Source: Clostridiaceae bacterium | Lineage (GTDB): Bacteria; Bacillota; Clostridia; CAYPLH01; DUMO01 | Length of the DNA: 20,000 nt | Direction: 5' to 3' | Assembly (NCBI GenBank): GCA_012839865.1 | Contig: DUMO01000054.1 | Location: 46,587 to 66,586, forward strand | Part shown: positions 15,956 to 20,000 of the stretch, piece by piece | How positions within the stretch are numbered: position 1 is the stretch's first letter | Layout: each line of letters starts with the position of its first letter | Position numbers and translations under genes: made by a program | The notes under the pieces: generated by a model | Told to the model about the DNA's origin: nothing | Database searches by the model: none | Seen by the model: only the letters and a program-made list of their open reading frames with translations

Positions 15956-17143
15956 ATGATCAAAATTAACGCACGCATAATTGATATTAGCAACCTGAAT
16001 GAGGCAAAAAGACATATAGCCAATATCGGCGCTGATGTTGACGGTCTGGCCTGGCTTGCTCCAAAGGCCGTGCATATTAATATTTTAATTGAAAATGTAA
16101 GTTCCTATGCTGCAAACATTATAAAGCAGGAGATGCTGGGAAAAGGCGGAGACGCCGCAGTACACAGGGGCGTGGTAAGCTGCAGCATAGATAAATCAAA
16201 TGTGCTCATTATGGGGACTTACAACCAGTATCTGAAGCTTATTTACAAATTGAAAATGCAGTCCGGGACTTTAAAATTAATTGCAGAGGAGATACAAAAA
16301 GTCCTGGAGGTTTATAACGTTAAAAAGCAACTGCCTTTTGTTTGCCGGAATAAAAAGCTGCCTGTCGGCGAGCGTACATTGGTTATGGGTATCTTAAACG
16401 TAACACCGGACTCCTTTTCGGACGGAGGAAGTTACACCAGTGTTGAACGGGCTGTGAAAAAAGCCAGGGAAATGTGCGAAGCCGGAGCGGATATAATTGA
16501 TGTGGGAGGGGAATCCACCCGTCCGGGGCATACTCCGGTAGACCCGTTTGTGGAAATAAACCGTGTGCTGCCTGTTGTGGAAAAACTGGTTTCCATGATC
16601 GATGTTCCTATTTCAGTGGATACATCAAAGGCAATTGTTGCAGAAAAAGTATTGGCTGCAGGCGCCCATATCATCAATGATGTCTGGGGGCTTCAAAAGG
16701 ACCCGGCCATGGCCGATGTGGTTGCAAAATATGGTGCCGGAGTTATTCTGATGCACAACAGCGAGCAAAAGAAGTACAACGATTTGATGGGAGACATTAT
16801 ACGTTATTTGAGAGAAAGTATTGATATTGCAATCAAAGCTGGCATTGACCAAAGGGGAATTGTTATTGATCCCGGGATTGGATTCGGGAAAAACCTTGAA
16901 CAGAACCTGGAGGTAATGAACAGGCTGGCGGAGCTTAGAACCCTCAATTACCCGATACTTCTCGGGACATCAAGGAAGTCAATAATCGGGGATATACTGG
17001 AGCTTCCTGTAAATGAACGCCTGGAGGGTACTGCCGCGACAGTGACATTGGGCATCTCAAAGGGCGTCAATATCATAAGGGTGCACGATGTCAAAGAAAT
17101 GGTAAGAGTTGCAAGAATGACGGATGCTATGATAAAATTATAG
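15956..17143 (+). CDS. folP: Dihydropteroate synthase with an N-terminal extension of about 130 aa
   Basis: MGILNVTPDSFSDGG, IDVGGESTRPG, SVDTSK, DPGIGFGK, GTSRKS and RVHDV. Confidence 0.96.
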   Translation: MIKINARIIDISNLNEAKRHIANIGADVDGLAWLAPKAVHINILIENVSSYAANIIKQEMLGKGGDAAVHRGVVSCSIDKSNVLIMGTYNQYLKLIYKLKMQSGTLKLIAEEIQKVLEVYNVKKQLPFVCRNKKLPVGERTLVMGILNVTPDSFSDGGSYTSVERAVKKAREMCEAGADIIDVGGESTRPGHTPVDPFVEINRVLPVVEKLVSMIDVPISVDTSKAIVAEKVLAAGAHIINDVWGLQKDPAMADVVAKYGAGVILMHNSEQKKYNDLMGDIIRYLRESIDIAIKAGIDQRGIVIDPGIGFGKNLEQNLEVMNRLAELRTLNYPILLGTSRKSIIGDILELPVNERLEGTAATVTLGISKGVNIIRVHDVKEMVRVARMTDAMIKL

Positions 17144-17157
17144 CCTGAGGTTTTAAT

Positions 17158-17523
17158 ATGGATGAAATTGTCTTAAAAAATCTAAAATTTTATGGGTATC
17201 ATGGCTTATACCAGGATGAGAAAATTTCAGGTCAGACATTTATTGTTGATATAGAAATGAAGGCCGATATCAGAGCAGCTTGTGAATCCGACAGTATCGA
17301 AGATACCGTCGACTACTCCAAAGTTTATGAAAAGGCAAAACATATTACGGAAAATCACAGATACCAGCTTGTTGAAAAACTTGCGGAGGCAATTTCCCAG
17401 GGGATACTTACGGATTTTGACCGGGTTTTTGAAGTGACTGTTACCGTTAAAAAGCCGCAGGCTCCCATAGATGGAAAATTTGACTGGGTGGGGGTTAAAA
17501 TTACAAGGAGACGGAATGTATAA
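17158..17523 (+). CDS. folB: Dihydroneopterin aldolase
   Basis: FYGYHG..QDEKISGQTF, DTVDYSKV, LVEKLAE and VKKPQAP. GAGG RBS. Confidence 0.96.
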   Translation: MDEIVLKNLKFYGYHGLYQDEKISGQTFIVDIEMKADIRAACESDSIEDTVDYSKVYEKAKHITENHRYQLVEKLAEAISQGILTDFDRVFEVTVTVKKPQAPIDGKFDWVGVKITRRRNV

Positions 17524-18001
17524 GAATGTATACATAGCCTTAGGTTCCAACCTCGGGGACAGGGAACGCAATCTTTCTGAAGCTCTGGAATGCATTGGCC
17601 GCATTCCCGGCACCAGGATTGTAAAGGCCTCAGACATATATGAAACGGATCCTGTAGGCTACACAGAGCAGGGGAAATTTCTCAACATGGTTGTGTCGGT
17701 GGAAACTGGCCTTGAGCCCCGGGACATGTTAAAGGAATTGCAGGACATTGAAAATTTACTCAAGAGGGACAGGGTGCTAAAGTGGGGACCCAGGACAATT
17801 GACCTGGATATTCTGCTGTACGATGACTTGACAGTTTCCTCGGAAAATTTGACAATTCCTCATCCCAGGATGTTTGAAAGAGCCTTTGTATTGGTACCGT
17901 TAAAGGATGTTTGGAACGGTGATGCTGAAAAGCTGGATGTTTTTATAGAGAAATGCAGTGACAGAGATGGCGTACGGAGGTTTACCGGGCTCAGGGGGTG
18001 A
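17516..18001 (+). CDS. folK: 6-hydroxymethyl-7,8-dihydropterin pyrophosphokinase (HPPK)
   Basis: YIALGSNLGDR, IYETDPVG, FLNMV, KWGPRTIDLDIL and IPHPRMFERAFVLVPL. ATG at 17516 after AAGGAG, overlapping the end of folB. Confidence 0.96.
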   Translation: MYKNVYIALGSNLGDRERNLSEALECIGRIPGTRIVKASDIYETDPVGYTEQGKFLNMVVSVETGLEPRDMLKELQDIENLLKRDRVLKWGPRTIDLDILLYDDLTVSSENLTIPHPRMFERAFVLVPLKDVWNGDAEKLDVFIEKCSDRDGVRRFTGLRG

Positions 18002-18633
18002 TTGAACTGGTCGAAGTGTATCGTTATCTGCCTGCCGAAGAAGTACCGAATGTTGTTGAGTGCGGGCTTAAGCTCACAAAGTGGTATGACAGGACCATTA
18101 TCGCGGATGGGCAAAAAAATTTGTATATATCCGCATTGCTTAATCCGAAGGATGATATGGCCAAGTATTGCTCCGACAACTTTAAGTGTGTCAGGCTGGA
18201 AGTACCGTCCAAATATTGCCATGTGGCTGATAAGAGTTTATACCTGGCCGGTCAGCGCAACCCTGAAATAATGAATTTGTATTATAAAACCCTTATTCCC
18301 GTGGAACAGTATATTTTTGGTTCATACAGAAAACCGGAGTGCCTGATAAACACAACTATAATTTACAGCCAGATAAGCGAATTGAACAAGGGACTTGGGT
18401 CACCGGTCCTTTACAATAATTCAGAGGAGCTGTATCTTAACAATATAGTTGAGTCATTGAAGGAAGAACACGATAATTTTAATGATGCAATACTTTATTA
18501 CCTGTACGATTCCCTTGTAAAGGAAGGAAAGTACAGGAAAGTGGAAAGCGCCGACAGTAATCTTGCCGTTTTTAATGATAACAGGACGGATAAGTTTTAT
18601 ATAATAAAAAAACCTGATCTTAAAAAGTACTAA
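17998..18633 (+). CDS. Hypothetical protein, 211 aa, with a possible ADP-ribosyltransferase-like N-terminal domain
   Basis: The GTG start overlaps the folK TGA (GTGA), indicating translational coupling; the ORF is long and lies between co-oriented genes. The fold assignment is an inference (see findings). Confidence 0.8.
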   Translation: MIELVEVYRYLPAEEVPNVVECGLKLTKWYDRTIIADGQKNLYISALLNPKDDMAKYCSDNFKCVRLEVPSKYCHVADKSLYLAGQRNPEIMNLYYKTLIPVEQYIFGSYRKPECLINTTIIYSQISELNKGLGSPVLYNNSEELYLNNIVESLKEEHDNFNDAILYYLYDSLVKEGKYRKVESADSNLAVFNDNRTDKFYIIKKPDLKKY

Positions 18634-18666
18634 CAGTATAACCCGGTTGTATTAAGGAGGTACAAA

Positions 18667-19005
18667 ATGTCAAAGCAGGATTCCAACCAGGACGGTAGAA
18701 ATCAAGGAATAAGTGAGGATAAGCGGAGCGCTTTTTCGGGCAGGAATACTAGCAGCAACAACAGCAAATATGCTGCAGGAGCGAACAACGAGAGAAAGAA
18801 TTTTGATGTGAATGCCAATGGGCCGGGCGGGAAAAAAGGCAGAAAAACCAAAGTTAAAAGCAATAATCCTCCCAGGCAGAGGTATTCCAGGAACTCAAAA
18901 TCCGGTGGCGAAACCATCGAAGACATTAAAAACGATATTTTGAGGATTGAGAAGGAAATTCAACTGGAATTAAAAGAGATTAAAAGTTTGAAGCTGGGAC
19001 TCTAA
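18667..19005 (+). CDS. Small hypothetical protein with a low-complexity N-terminus and a C-terminal helix
   Basis: Strong AAGGAGG RBS. The first about 80 aa are N/S/K/R/G-rich, followed by heptad-like ETIEDIKNDILRIEKEIQLELKEIKSLKL. Confidence 0.8.
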   Translation: MSKQDSNQDGRNQGISEDKRSAFSGRNTSSNNSKYAAGANNERKNFDVNANGPGGKKGRKTKVKSNNPPRQRYSRNSKSGGETIEDIKNDILRIEKEIQLELKEIKSLKLGL

Positions 19006-19095
19006 TGTGGTTATGACCAAATCTAAGGGTAACTTTGAAATGGATTTAATGCTTGCAGCCAGTCCTTTAAGATTGAATTTCGGAGAGCGATTATT

Positions 19096-19863
19096 ATGAT
19101 TCTCGTAATTGATGTAGGGAATACAAGTATGATAACGGGAGTCTATAAAGGGAAAAAACTCCTGGCAAACTGGATCATCAGTACGGACAAGGATAGATCC
19201 TCCGACGAACTGGGTTTGTCCATGATTGGGTTTCTCCGTCACAAGAATATTGATGCGGCTTTAATTAAAGCTGCTGTCATTTCCAATGTTGTCCCCCCTA
19301 TTATGCACTCGCTGGAACAAGCGTTGCGCAACTATTTTAATATAATCCCCATTATTATCGGACCTGGAGTCAAAACCGGAATAAACATCAAAGTTGAAAA
19401 TCCAAAGGAAGTAGGCACTGATATTATTGCCAATGCAGTGGCAGCCTTTGAGCTATACGGCGGCCCTGTAATTGTGGTGGATTTCGGAACGGCAACCACT
19501 TTTTCCGCCATAAGCAGGAAAGGTGATTTCATTGGAACCGTTTTATGCCCTGGTATTAAAGTATCTGCCGAAGCATTGTTTCAGAAGGCAGCCAAATTGC
19601 TCAGGGTGGACCTTTACAAACCATCCTCGGTTTTGGGGCGAAATACGGTATCAAGCCTGCAATCTGGAATAATCAACGGATATGCGGGACAGGTTGAACA
19701 TATTATTGAACTGATAAAGAATGAAATGGGAGAGAGTGATGTAAAGGTTGTGGCAACCGGAGGTTTTTCCAGGATAATTTCAGATGAATGCAAATCAATA
19801 GACATGGTTAATGATCACCTTACACTGGAAGGTTTAAGAATCATATATGAAAAAAATAAATAG
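19096..19863 (+). CDS. coaX: Type III pantothenate kinase
   Basis: ILVIDVGNTS, ISNVVP, EVGTDIIAN, VVDFGTATT, PGI and VVATGG...HLTLEGL. Confidence 0.96.
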   Translation: MILVIDVGNTSMITGVYKGKKLLANWIISTDKDRSSDELGLSMIGFLRHKNIDAALIKAAVISNVVPPIMHSLEQALRNYFNIIPIIIGPGVKTGINIKVENPKEVGTDIIANAVAAFELYGGPVIVVDFGTATTFSAISRKGDFIGTVLCPGIKVSAEALFQKAAKLLRVDLYKPSSVLGRNTVSSLQSGIINGYAGQVEHIIELIKNEMGESDVKVVATGGFSRIISDECKSIDMVNDHLTLEGLRIIYEKNK

Positions 19864-19897
19864 AAAAAATATATAGATAAATCAGGGAGGGACATAT

Positions 19898-20000
19898 ATG
19901 GCACTGAAAGAAGATGCGCTCAGACTGCACAAAGAATGGCATGGAAAAATTGAAATTGCATGCAGGGCTCCGGTGAGGGACGCAAAAGATCTGACAATGG
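19898..20000 (+). CDS. NAD(P)-dependent malic enzyme, N-terminal fragment truncated by the window end
   Basis: GGGAGG RBS. MALKEDALRLHKEWHGKIEIACRAPVRDAKDLTM matches the typical start of Firmicute malic enzymes. Only 34 codons are visible. Confidence 0.75.
   Translation, partial: MALKEDALRLHKEWHGKIEIACRAPVRDAKDLTM

Noticed and set aside
730..19805. Numerous 60-240 aa ORFs antisense or out of frame within assigned genes (e.g. 10470-11183, 9658-10203, 1902-2246, 17860-18222)
   Set aside because: They are shadow ORFs of well-supported genes, with no motifs or RBS support.

Overview
A 20-kb chromosomal window from an anaerobic Firmicute. The gene set and gene types suggest Clostridia, possibly an Acetivibrio/Ruminiclostridium-like lineage (inference). 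In order: a 5'-truncated MrfA/YprA-type helicase and MrfB/YprB-type exonuclease pair; a minus-strand trio of a class I SAM methyltransferase and two paralogous cobalamin-binding radical SAM proteins; a cupin-AraC regulator; leuC-leuD-leuB; a LexA-like protein lacking the cleavage site and catalytic Lys; folE; an oppositely oriented repeat protein with C-terminal HTH motifs (DUF4046-like); folP-folB-folK; two hypothetical genes; coaX; and the start of a malic enzyme. The most interesting observations are: (1) the hypothetical gene overlapping the folK stop has an ADP-ribosyltransferase-like motif pattern; (2) the methylase/radical SAM trio has no visible substrate gene; (3) the LexA paralog appears non-cleavable; (4) a perfect 28-bp-stem hairpin whose arm plus loop recurs 6.4 kb away at 35/38 identity; (5) transposase-less IS200/IS605-like end hairpins. 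All calls come from reading motifs by eye; no searches were run.
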